DNA from: Macrostomum lignano
Lineage: Eukaryota
Length of the DNA stretch: 64,000 nt
Direction of reading: 5' to 3'
NCBI GenBank assembly: GCA_002269645.1
Contig: NIVC01000390.1
Coordinates: 186,001 to 250,000 of the forward strand
Positions within the stretch are counted from its first letter, which is position 1. Each line of letters starts with the position of its first letter. The notes below the pieces were generated by a model. That model worked only from the letters and a program-made list of their open reading frames with translations. It did not search any database and had not been told where the DNA came from. The position numbers and the translations under genes are program-made. Positions 1-10,927 of this stretch are shown in pieces.

Positions 1-375
1 AAACTGCGATGATTTTGGCCAGGGACAGGAAAGCCATAGACATCGTGTAAAAATACTGCAACCAGTTTGGCCAAAACTGCGATGATTTTGGCCAGGGACA
101 GGAAAGCCATAGACATCGTGTAAAAATACTGCAACCAGTTTGGCCAAAACTGCGATGATTTTGGCCAGGGACAGGAAAGCCATAGACATCGTGTAAAAAT
201 ACTGCAACCAGTTTGGCCAAAACTGCGATCAATTTGGCCAGGGACAGGAAAGCCATAGACATCGTGTAAAAATACTGCAACCAGTTTGGCCAAAACTGCG
301 ATCAATTTGGCCAGGGACAGGAAAGCCATAGACATCGTGTAAAAATACTGCAACCAGTTTGACCAAAACTGCGAT
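1..375. repeat. 73-bp tandem repeat (~5 copies, runs off window edge)
   Basis: Unit aaactgcgat...caaccagtttggcca recurs at 1, 74, 147, 220 and 293. Confidence 0.95.
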
Positions 376-558
376 CAAGTTGGCCAATGCAATTTTATTG
401 TTGTATGTCGATCTGGGCGAACTTGATCACAGTTTAGGCCAAATTGGTTGCAGTATTTTTACACGTCAATGGGTTTCCTCTCAGCTTAGTTGGGTGAGCG
501 GACTCGCGAAAGCGAAAGATTTTCTATCCCTGGCCAAATTGATCGCAGTTTTGGCCAA
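240..558. repeat. Foldback: inverted copy of the 73-bp unit adjoining the array
   Basis: 413-558 is the reverse complement of the array end. caaccagtttgaccaaaactgcgatcaagttggcca pairs with tgggcgaacttgatcacagtttaggccaaattggttg around a ~27-nt loop, and the right arm carries a ~40-nt insertion. Confidence 0.8.
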
Positions 559-2720
559 CTAGATTGCAGAAAGCTATAGTATACGATGAACATTCATTGG
601 TTAAAAAGTCCGGCCACGCTCAATAGTCCTCGGCTCGCTTCGCTTGCCCCGACACTATTTAATGTAGTCTCTGACCACAGAGAATGGCATTTATTGTATA
701 CATATCGTAGAGGTCCCTCCCTGACTTATCTAAACCATTTTACCTCTTGTTTTATCCATTTGCAAAAATCTCTGTCGAAATAGATGTAACTTTGTTTCTT
801 TTGAATTTCAAATCTGCCCATGCGCGTCACTCGGGGACAGTTTTATCAACAGAGTTAAAAGCGGAGATAAAAGCAACTTCACTGAGAGCTTGCGTGTTCT
901 TCGCTCCCGGTATAAAATTTAGGCGTATAGGCTTTGTGGAATTCTCTTAGGTAGTGACATATGCTCTTCAACTCTTATAGAAGCAGGATTTGACTAGCTC
1001 CATCCGATACTCTCAGCTCCATGCGCGTGCCTAATGCTGATGACCGTCTATACTAAGTCTGAGTAGCTTGCCTTGAGTCTAAAGTTGAATCGTCATGAGC
1101 ACTTGAACAATTAAGAAGCCTTTTTTAGTTCCTCTTCAGAGTAATTAAGCCAACGATATATTGCCACTTTCAATTTGTGTCGTCCGCAGTTTGACTGGCA
1201 CTAAATTACGGGCTCAAGGCAGTGTGTGACTTTATTGCAGTGTGTGGACGACTCTCCTCAGTGTTACACTAAGGCTCTGAATTTGACATGCGGCTTACCC
1301 CCAAATGTAAGCGCTCTGCATACGTAATTGGCAGGTGCATAGTTCTCTCGGAACAAGGCGAGCGATGTAGCGGCTTAATGACGTTCTGGAATCCGGTCTC
1401 AAGAGCCTTTTGGCTAGTTACAAGCTAAAAGTTGCCACTTGGCGATAGAATTCACATGAGCAATTAGGAATCGTATTGTCAAATTCTTTTTTTGCATTGT
1501 TGGACAGGTATGGGTTGATGGGATTAGGAGAATTTTTATTGATAAAAAGTCCAGCTTTTCCTTGTAGGAATCGGTGAATGAACTTGAAAAAAGTGCCGAT
1601 GTGAAACTCATTTTCTATCCGGACGCCAGAAAAAGGTTGGGAGGTTGAATCTCTGATAGCGTTCATGGAAATTCTGAAATCCATGGACTGGAAGCTATAT
1701 CAAAGCGATTCTTCATAGAAGGCTGAAGGAAACTGTATATTATTCCTATAGCTGTACTCGAACTTGAATATTTGTAGTATACGTAAAAGAGTGAAAAATG
1801 CAGTTATTGATTCAATCTGCCTTCCGCCTTCGTGATGCCTCTCAGCATCCTTGCATCCTATTCCTTGATGGCCTCTAAGTCTCAAAATCTGGATCCTTTG
1901 AGTCCATACTGCAGTCACCCTATGGAAAAAATCCATATACTAAAAATGATGTGAGAAAGATTGATTTCTTAGCCTTAAGAAGTCACTTGGAATATTATTT
2001 ATTATTTGCCAGTTGCATGATGAAAATTTAATATGAACTTTTGACAACTCATGGCTAAATGTAAGACTGAATGGGTAATAAAATTTATATAATTGTCACT
2101 CACATAAAATGAAATCTATTTCCTCGTATTTACCTTTTATGCATGTAGTTTTAATATAATCGTATAGCTTGAAATTGAAAGTGTGTATCACCACACGGTT
2201 CGCCCTTTGAATATACTATTGTATCGCCTCGCCTCGTTTAAACAGCTTAAAATCTTCGCTGCAAATTGAAGCCTGAGCGAAAGCTATGGGGCACGCAAGC
2301 CGCTTTCGGTAAACGCCTACTATAGCAGAATGAATGCAAATTGACCGTCCTGGCGGGTCTCATTACACCGACGTGACCAACGCATTAAGCCTGGCAGTCA
2401 CGCGTCTTGTGTCCCTCATTTGCGGCAGAGGCTGATAGTGGGAATCGTATACAATACAAGGGGAGAAAATGCAAATGGCAATTAAGAAATCAAATGTGGG
2501 ACAGTTCAGCCCGACGTGTTGAGTACTGATAAAGAGGTTGGGATTTAAGCCCCAGGCCCATGCCGGCCCTCGAAAGCTTCGGAATCTCCTTAGTCAGGAG
2601 AGACGAATTCATTTCCCCTTTCTCGTGGGATCTGCCGAAGCGGGCATGCACTCCTGCCCCAATCGGAGAGTATCGAATTTCGAGCATTTTTTTATCGCGC
2701 GAGCATTCAGCTCATGAGCT

Positions 2721-2924
2721 CAAGTCAAATCACCATGGAGATATTTACTATTTGCTACTTTCTTGTTTCATCAAGTAAAATCACCATGGAGATATTTACT
2801 ATTTGCTACTTTCTTGTTTCATCAAGTAAAATCACCATGGAGATATTTACTATTTGCTACTTTCTTGTTTCATCAAGTAAAATCACCATGGAGATATTTA
2901 CTATTTGCTACTTTCTTGTTTCAT
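2721..2924. repeat. 51-bp tandem repeat, 4 copies
   Basis: Unit caagtaaaatcaccatggagatatttactatttgctactttcttgtttcat; explains ORFs 2714-2953 and 2763-2993. Confidence 0.95.
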
Positions 2925-3276
2925 TTTTTCAAGACAATTTCCATGACTTTTAATGGAATAGTGAATGTTTCGCTGTTGGAAGACCGCCAATAGTCTTTGA
3001 AGCCTTCAACTGCTTTTAAAAGCACCTGATACAATTCAAACTGTTGAGCCCTTCCAGTCCTAACAGTCATTTTGAAACCATTTGATCATTTAAACTTTCG
3101 CCATCTCCCAAAGAAATCTGTGTGCAATTCTAATTTTGTCCAAATCGATATGCTTCAGTGCCGTCGATTGAGAAAATCGTGCAAGTCTACAACAATTTTG
3201 ATTCTTTTACACTACAAGGCATCACTGATACATTTATTTGAAGTAGCTATGCTTTTGCTAAAAAAGCTTATCAGGT

Positions 3277-3527
3277 AGACGTATCCAGACGTGTCTATAG
3301 ACCTGTAGCATTGTCTCTAGACGTGTCTCAGTGCCTCTAAACGTGCTTCAGTGTCTTTAGACGTGGGTCAGTGTTTCTAGACGTGCGTCAGTGTATCTAG
3401 ACGTGCGTCAGTGTATCTAGACATACGTCAGTGTCTCTAGACGTGCGTCAGTGTCACTAGACATACGTCAGTGTCTCTAGACGTGCGTCAGTGTCACTAG
3501 ACATACGTCAGTGTCTCTAGACGTGCG
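3277..3527. repeat. Degenerate 20-bp minisatellite (same family as 8049-9325)
   Basis: Units of agtgtctctagacgtgcgtc with substitutions. Confidence 0.9.
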
Positions 3528-4068
3528 GTATTGTCCCTTGACACTTGATTTTATTTCTATTTCAAATCTATTAATTTCTATCGATTTGTCTTCGGTATGC
3601 TGGTAACAGAAATACGAAGAGAAGTATAGGGGGGGGGAGCTTAGTAAATAATTAGCCTCGCTAATTATCCCAGTTCTCGAATCCCCTGAATTCCCCACTG
3701 TGGGTAATTCATTTTGCGACAATTATCGGACGCAAATTTGCATTCGAAATTCTCTGCCAATTCTTTTCGAATTGCTTGCAGGCCAAATAAGTGAGTTAGC
3801 CGCCTAATTCGAATTCGCAGTAATGAAAGCTCATTCACCACTTCCAGTCTCACGCGTGAGCAGATTTCACGCTTCATCAATTGCTCAAGTGTAGAACGTG
3901 ACTTAATTCTTTCTGCGAATACTTCTCCGCTCTTCAGCTTATATAGTGATCCACATTCGACAGTTAGTTCCGCTGTTTGCTCCCATCTGAGCCACGTACT
4001 ATAGCTTCTTAGGATACTCTTCGGTTTGACTGCTAGTTATTATATATACACATGAATATAGCTATAAG

Positions 4069-4098
4069 CATCTATCTAATCTATCTATCTATCTATCC

Positions 4099-4129
<31 letters not shown>

Positions 4130-4145
4130 CATCATCTTCTCCATC

Positions 4146-4225
<80 letters not shown>

Positions 4226-4226
4226 T

Positions 4227-4286
<60 letters not shown>

Positions 4287-4290
4287 GACA
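4069..4290. repeat. Compound microsatellite (ATCT)n-(CAT)n
   Basis: Directly visible; source of the poly-His ORF 4052-4327. Confidence 0.97.
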
Positions 4291-5094
4291 TTATCTATGC
4301 ACTCATTATACCAGGAGTATTGTCTAATTCTAGTTGAAATACTGTGGAGTTATTAGCATAAAATTTGCCATAATACAAAGTCAGACCCAGGTCCCAAAGA
4401 ACACGGGAAGAGCAGGTCAGCCGGTGTCAACCCCTGGTCTAAGTACATTGGCTATATACAAACGATGAAAATGGTGCAGACTAAAGGCAATAAGCGAATT
4501 TAGCTCAAGTTTGATGGAGAAATGCATTAAATATTGAAATTGGTTCGTCACATGACAGACTGGGCCAGTCACTCTCTCACCTAGTAGCAGCGGAGATGGC
4601 GGCTCAGGCGCCCCGCGAGGATGTTTTCGCTGGTGGGCATTCTGTGAGGATTAAGTCAAACCCTTCGGGCGAGTTTGGAGTTGTCCCAGCTAAATAGTGA
4701 GATTAAGCTGATAAAAACGCCTGCGTTAACTTTGAGTTTCCTTAATGCACTCGTGTGCCGCAGAAAGCTATTATTGACTGCAGAAAAATATACTAGCTAA
4801 CCATTCGCTTATCTTGAGTACGATCTTAAGCAACTACAAACCTACTGCTCAACTATATTGGCCTGGACTTCTCACCACAGATCGGAACTTTGCTAAGCAT
4901 GACAAGTCGCCGCGTTGACTAAATTTAAAGCGTGTTTCTGGCTTATCGCTTGTTAAAGTTAATGAACTCTAAATTCTACTATTGAACCTGCCATGGAGTT
5001 CTGCATGTGTGATGCATGTGACGAATTTTGTTAGTTTAGTTTGATGTGGCGTTGCCTTGAGCTGACGCACCAAAAAAGATATAATTAACAATCC

Positions 5095-6275
5095 ATGAAC
5101 TCAATTTGCAATCTCTTTAATCAATTTGCGATCCCAAAACCCAATTTGCTATCTAGGAAACCAAGTATGCAACCCAGGAAACCCAATTTACAATCCAGGA
5201 AACCCAATTTGCAATCCAGGAAACCCAATTTGCGATCCCAAAACCCAATTTGCAATCCAGGAAACCCAATTTGCAATCCAGGAAACCCAATTTGCAATCC
5301 AGGAAACTCAATTTGCAATCTCTTAAGTCAATTTGCGATCCCAAAACCCAATTTGCAATCCAGGAAACCCAATTTGCAACCCAGGAAACCCAATTTGAAA
5401 TCCAGGAAACCCAATTTGAAATCCAGGAAACCCAATTCGCAATCCAAGAAACTAAATATGCAATCCAGGAAACCCAATTTGCAATCCAGGAAACCCAATT
5501 TGCAATCCAGGAAACCCAATTTGCAACCCAGGAAACCCAATTTGCAATCCAGGAAACCCAATTTGCAATCCAGGAAACCCAATTTGCAACCCAGGAAACC
5601 CAATTCGCAATCCAGGAAACCCAATTTGCAACCCAGGAAACCCAATTCGCAATCCAAGAAACTAAATATGCAATCCAGGAAACCCAATTTGCAATCCAGG
5701 AAACCCAATTTGCAATCCAGGAAACCAAATTTGCAATCCAGGAAATCAAATTTGCAATCCAGGAAACCAAATTTGCTATCCAGGAAACCCAATTTGCAAT
5801 CCAGGAAACCCAATTTGCAATCCAGGAAACCAAGTATGCAACCCAGGAAACCCAATTTACAATCCAGGAAACCCAATTTGCAATCCAGGAAACCCAATTT
5901 GCAATCCAGGAAACCCAATTTGCGATCCCAAAACCCAATTTGCTATCCAGGAAACCCAATTTGCAATCCAGGAAACCCAATTTGCAATCCAGGAAACCAA
6001 GTATGCAACCCAGGAAACCCAATTTGAAATCCAGGAAACCCAATTTGAAATCCAGGAAACCCAATTTGAAATCCAGGAAACCCAATTCGCAATCCAGGAA
6101 ACCCAATTTGAAATCCAGTAAACCTAATTTGCAATCCAGGAAACCCAATTCGCAATCCAGGAAACCCAATTTGAAATCCAGGAAACCCAATTTGCAATCC
6201 AGGAAACCCAATTTGCAATCCAGGAAACCCAATTTGAAATCTCCCGGAAAACAAATATGCAACCCAGAGATCTAA
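5095..6275. repeat. 21-bp minisatellite (aatttgcaatccaggaaaccc)n
   Basis: About 55 units. Open in several frames on both strands because the unit is 3n and mostly stop-free. Confidence 0.95.
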
Positions 6276-7080
6276 TTTGCTTTGCAGAAACCAACTTGGA
6301 CCTCAGGAACCCACATCCCAGAACGCTTCTGTTTCTGGCAGAAACTACCTGTGACTTTGGTTGCCCAAAAAACTGACGTTCGAATCAAACAAGATTCAGC
6401 CTAGTTTGAGAGCCCCTTTTAGAAGTTAAGCATTTGCTAGTGTACATCTTCACAGTCGCCACCATGAGACCACTGTTTCAAAGTTGATTCAAAAAACGGA
6501 ACCTTCGTGTTCAAGCATTCAGAAAATAAACGGCAGCAAAGTTTTCCTAGAAAGCTTTCCTCTATCGGTTCCCGGGGGGGGGGGGGGTTCTGTCATGCAA
6601 CGACAACTAATTAAGCATTCAGGATAAGGGAAAGTGTCCCGCTGTTTGCTGCGAAACAACAGTCAAACATTTGGCCAGGGAGCTTGGCCGCTATAGTTAG
6701 TGCAATAATGCTTAAAGCTAGCTGCAAAGTGTTGGGAGGAAATAATGGCCGTGCAAAAACTTAAGAGAGGCGTTAGAAAATATCCGTCTTAAACACCCGG
6801 TTGCTTGATGACGGAAGCCATAAGGACTTCCTCTATTCTCTCTGTGAAAGTCCCCTGAATCTTTCTCGCTTAATGAAAGTCAACTACGAGTAGCTCACCA
6901 GAAGCCCCCCCGCAGAAGAGAAGGAGTTGACTGTTTTCATGTTTTCATCTGAGAGCCACTCTCATTGGAGCCCCGGGCCCAGTGTTTGTGCGAGGAGGCT
7001 GGGGTGTTGCAGACTATAAAAGTTACAGACGGGAGAGTGGAATTAATTTTTTCACGCTCCTTTTTTGCTTACTATAGTTT

Positions 7081-7186
7081 TATAAAAGAGACATTACCAG
7101 CTGCACCCAGTAAGTGGCTTTGAACTGACTGTTCAAAATTTCTAATACAATTATTGGCAACCAATACTGATCTTTCTTTTCTTCAG
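7081..7186 (+). promoter_or_regulatory. Possible TATA box (tataaaag, 7081) and 5'UTR intron or trans-splice acceptor (gtaagt 7110 ... ttttcttcag 7186)
   Basis: Motifs are visible; function is inferred from position upstream of the prohormone ATG. Confidence 0.4.
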
Positions 7187-7221
7187 GCGCTAATAAAAGT
7201 TATTCCACATCAAACGCCGTC

Positions 7222-7599
7222 ATGAGCAGTCGTGGAATCTCCGCCATCCCGATGGCCACCATTGTCGCTGCCGTAGTCTGCCTGCTCATCGCCACCTGCG
7301 CCGCCGTGCCAGCCGTCGAGCAGCAGAGTCGCCATCAGGTCGAGCGTCGCTCCGCCGGCGGCGGCGCCGGAGGTCCCGGTGAGGACGACTTCTACAAGCT
7401 GTTCATGGTGAAGCGGATGCTGGAGAACCAGCACCACCACCAGCACCAACAGCGACTGCAGCGTCGTGGCGGCGACTTTGACCGCCTGATGAACCAGCTG
7501 GAGAGACTGAACCGCGACAACGCCGGAGCCAACGCCGACTCCATGATCTTCCGGCTGAGGAAGCGGCTGCAGGAGTCCGGCCGGGCCCAGCAGCACTAA
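7222..7599 (+). CDS. Neuropeptide prohormone (secreted peptide precursor), 125 aa
   Basis: Hydrophobic signal peptide (MATIVAAVVCLLIATCAA), then segments bounded by RR, KR, RR and RKR sites. GC-rich codon usage like the other real exons. Pyrimidine tract plus AG acceptor at 7171-7186 just upstream. Confidence 0.85.
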   Translation: MSSRGISAIPMATIVAAVVCLLIATCAAVPAVEQQSRHQVERRSAGGGAGGPGEDDFYKLFMVKRMLENQHHHQHQQRLQRRGGDFDRLMNQLERLNRDNAGANADSMIFRLRKRLQESGRAQQH

Positions 7600-8048
7600 T
7601 TCGGTTAAAGAATGGCTGTCAGGAAGCGCGCTGTGGGGGGGGGGAGTTGGGCACCGCAGTCCGCACTGTCTATGACGTCACCGCCCCTAACCTGTACACC
7701 CCGAGTGTTTCCAGCTACACCCCACCTATGCTGCGGCAGCCTCTATCGGAGCATTCGCAACGCGCTAAAAACATTAAAAAGCAATGATCGAGCGATTGAA
7801 GGATTAGTGAAACGAGAAAAATATACACATATTTATAAAAACCCAATGACTTATAGCCGGACACAGAGCGCTTGATTGCCTGTGACTGGGATAATGCAAT
7901 TGAAACTACTGTATATTGTCGTGTGCTGTTATTTTGCATCGGATAAAAACTATTTTCCTTCTCACAGTTAGCAGTCAAGATTCCAAATCTCTCACCGAAC
8001 CCTCTGCATAACTGATTAGCTGTCATCAATAATGAACATGACGTACTA

Positions 8049-9325
8049 GACGTTTCTCTAGACGTGCGTCAGTGTCTCTAGACGTGCGTTAGTGTCTCTA
8101 GACGTGCGTTAGTGTCTCTAGACGTGCGTCAGTGTCTCTAGACGTGCGTTAGTGTCTCTAGACGTGCGTCAGTGTCTCTAGACGTGCGTTAGTGTCTCTA
8201 GACGTGCGTTAGTGTCTCTAGACGTGCGTTAGTGTCTCTAGACGTAGGTTAGTGTCTCTAGACGTGCGTTAGTGTCTCTAGACGTGCGTTAGTGTCTCTA
8301 GACGTGCGTTAGTGTCTCTAGACGTGCGTCAGTGTCTCTAGACGTGCGTTAGTGTCTCTAGACGTGCGTCAGTGTCTCTAGACGTGCGTTAGTGTCTCTA
8401 GACGTGCGTTAGTGTCTCTAGACGTGCGTTAGTGTCTCTAGACGTAGGTTAGTGTCTCTAGACGTGCGTTAGTGTCTCTAGACGTGCGTCAGTGTCTCTA
8501 GACGTGCGTTAGTGTCTCTAGACGTGCGTTAGTGTCTCTAGACGTGCGTTAGTGTCTCTAGACGTGCGTCAGTGTCTCTAGACGTGCGTTAGTGTCTCTA
8601 GACGTGCGTTAGTGTCTCTAGACGTGCGTCAGTGTCTCTAGACGTGCGTCAGTGTCTCTAGACGTGCGTTAGTGTCTCTAGACGTGCGTTAGTGTCTCTA
8701 GACGTGCGTCAGTGTCTCTAGACGTGCGTCAGTGTCTCTAGACGTGCGTTAGTGTCTCTAGACGTGCGTTAGTGTCTCTAGACGTGCGTTAGTGTCTCTA
8801 GACGTGCGTCAGTGTCTCTAGACGTGCGTTAGTGTCTCTAGACGTGCGTTAGTGTCTCTAGACGTGCGTTAGTGTCTCTAGACGTGCGTCAGTGTCTCTA
8901 GACGTGCGTTAGTGTCTCTAGACGTGCGTTAGTGTCTCTAGACGTGCGTTAGTGTCTCTAGACGTGCGTCAGTGTCTCTAGACGTGCGTTAGTGTTTCTA
9001 GACGTGCGTTAGTGTCTCTAGACGTGCGTTAGTGTCTCTAGACGTGGGTTAGTGTCTCTAGACGTGCGTTAGTGTCTCTAGACGTGCGTCAGTGTCTCTA
9101 GACGTGCGTCAGTGTCTCTAGACGTGCGTCAGTGTCTCTAGACGTGCGTCAGTGTCTCTAGACGTGCGTCAGTGTCTCTAGACGTGCGTCAGTGTCTCTA
9201 GACGTGCGTCAGTGTCTCTAGACGTGCGTCAGTGTCTCTAGACGTGCGTCAGTGTCTCTAGACGTGCGTCAGTGTCTCTAGACGTGCGTCAGTGTCTCTA
9301 GACGTGCGTCAGTGTCTCTAGACGT
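8049..9325. repeat. 20-bp minisatellite (agtgtctctagacgtgcgtY)n, ~63 copies
   Basis: Near-perfect array with a T/C dimorphic last base; the 3' ~13 units are homogenised to C. Confidence 0.98.
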
Positions 9326-10107
9326 TCCATTACAGCTTGCTCCATTTCAACTTGCACACCGCCAACCTAATGAATAGAAATTTTGAGTAGAGCTTTATTT
9401 AGATCGCTCAATACTACTCCACAACTGCACAATGGGAATTAATTTCCAAAACTAATTGCTATTGTGTCTGTGTGAAAGTCTATATTGAATACAATGGTGG
9501 ATTTGATAGTATGTCACATTGTGAAATAATGACAAAACCACTGCTGAGACACAATGGCACTTATACATGTACTATTGTCAACTGCCGATGGCAACTGCTG
9601 ACTGCAGTCAATGCAGACGAGCCTTTAGGTAATCTCTTATGTTGCAAATGGAATTTTAAAGTTTATACAGGTCACAGAAATAAAGAAAAAACTGAAAACT
9701 TCGGATTGGTAAAGGCAATTGGCTAGATATACCGGTATATGCTTGCAGGATATGTTCTCAAACCTTAAACAAGCATCAATATGTTTATATGGCACTCTGT
9801 ACGATGTAGACAATAAAATAAAGAGATAGTTCAAAGAAATTCGATAAACTGAATAAAACATTTACTCGTATGGCACTAGCAAGCGAGGATCCTTATTACA
9901 ACCATTAAATAGTTAAGCAGAAGACAGTTAAAGTTGGAAATCGACGTTCTGTACGTCATCTTACAGCTTAGTCAAAGCCATTTGCCGCGAAAATTATCCC
10001 AATAATTTCCCATCATTCAGTATAAAGATGAACACTGCCATTGAAAAACATTATTGGTCAACTTCTGTTTGAGAATATCGACCGATCAAATGGGGTGGGT
10101 TTTACAA

Positions 10108-10266
10108 ACGCGAAACTTCACAACCGCGAAACTTCACAGCCGCTAAATGTCATATGCTGTCACAACCGCGAAACTTCATAAACGCGAAACTTCACAACCG
10201 CTAAAATCTTTGCACGCACTTTTATATACGACAGTCTTTTTTTGCGGTTGTGAAATTTCGCGTTTG
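10108..10266. repeat. Small direct plus inverted repeat cluster (MITE-like foldback)
   Basis: aaacgcgaaacttcacaaccgc motif repeated directly (10108-10200) and inverted at ~10244-10266. Confidence 0.6.
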
Positions 10267-10927
10267 AGAAAGCAACCCATAAAATTTACAAAAATCAACA
10301 ACAAGCTTGGCTTTGAGGCGAGGCAGGCGGTACTATCTGAAAGGGTCACAATTGGCAATTTTCTACTCATAATTACTACTTAACAAGTAATTAATCATTA
10401 GGAACGGCTCTAGAAATTCTAGAAAAAGAATAAATTACATAGAAAGATAGAAATGAAACGTCATTTTAGGCAAAAATGACAAGCATTTCTATACGAATAT
10501 ATAGCTTTTTCTTCAAAAGCACGTGCGAACCCTTCGACTCCAATTTATGAATTTTAAAAAATCATATTAAAAGTGCACTACTATTAGTAGAGGTTAGGGC
10601 GATTTCAATCCAAAAATACGACCGTAGAAGCCATTTGGTTAGTGAACCAGCTGGAACGAAAGAAATATGCTGGAGCCACTCACGTCGGATTGCGATTGCT
10701 GTACAGGGGACTGTGACATGAGACAATGTAATTCGGGCAAATCTGATTAAAAATATAGCTTAGACTGATTATAGTTCAACTAGTATGCATTCTCTATGTT
10801 GTAAGTCAGCACAGGGACCAAAAAAACACAGATAGAATTCCTTTGCTGGTGAAATTCGACGTAGAAATCCGGTAAATTATAAACAAACACAGAGGTGCTT
10901 TTCTATGGCAGCGGTTTGAAAAAATAA

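Noticed and set aside
700-1940. Minus-strand ORF fragments with Cys motifs (CSCEFY, CTCQ), possibly a decayed transposase
   Set aside because: Many stops and no recognisable catalytic motif; cannot assign a family by eye.
4052-4327. Poly-His ORF
   Set aside because: (CAT)n microsatellite.
5095-6275. 300-370 aa ORFs on both strands (RKPNLQS / QETQFAI / LGFLDCK)
   Set aside because: Translations of a 21-bp minisatellite, open in many frames, with no unique coding flank or splice context.
7210-7596. 128-aa antisense ORF over the prohormone, and similar shadow ORFs over XPO5, bark and C2 exons
   Set aside because: Expected by-product of GC-rich codon usage on the opposite strand.
8049-9325. 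CRISPR-like regular arrays (also 19676-22150, 36800-37900, 60350-61436)
   Set aside because: Units are head-to-tail without unique spacers, the context is eukaryotic, and there are no cas genes.
9472-9726. ORF with Ig-like HNGTYTC motif
   Set aside because: No other Ig strand motifs, AT-rich codon usage unlike the real exons, and no clear splice sites.
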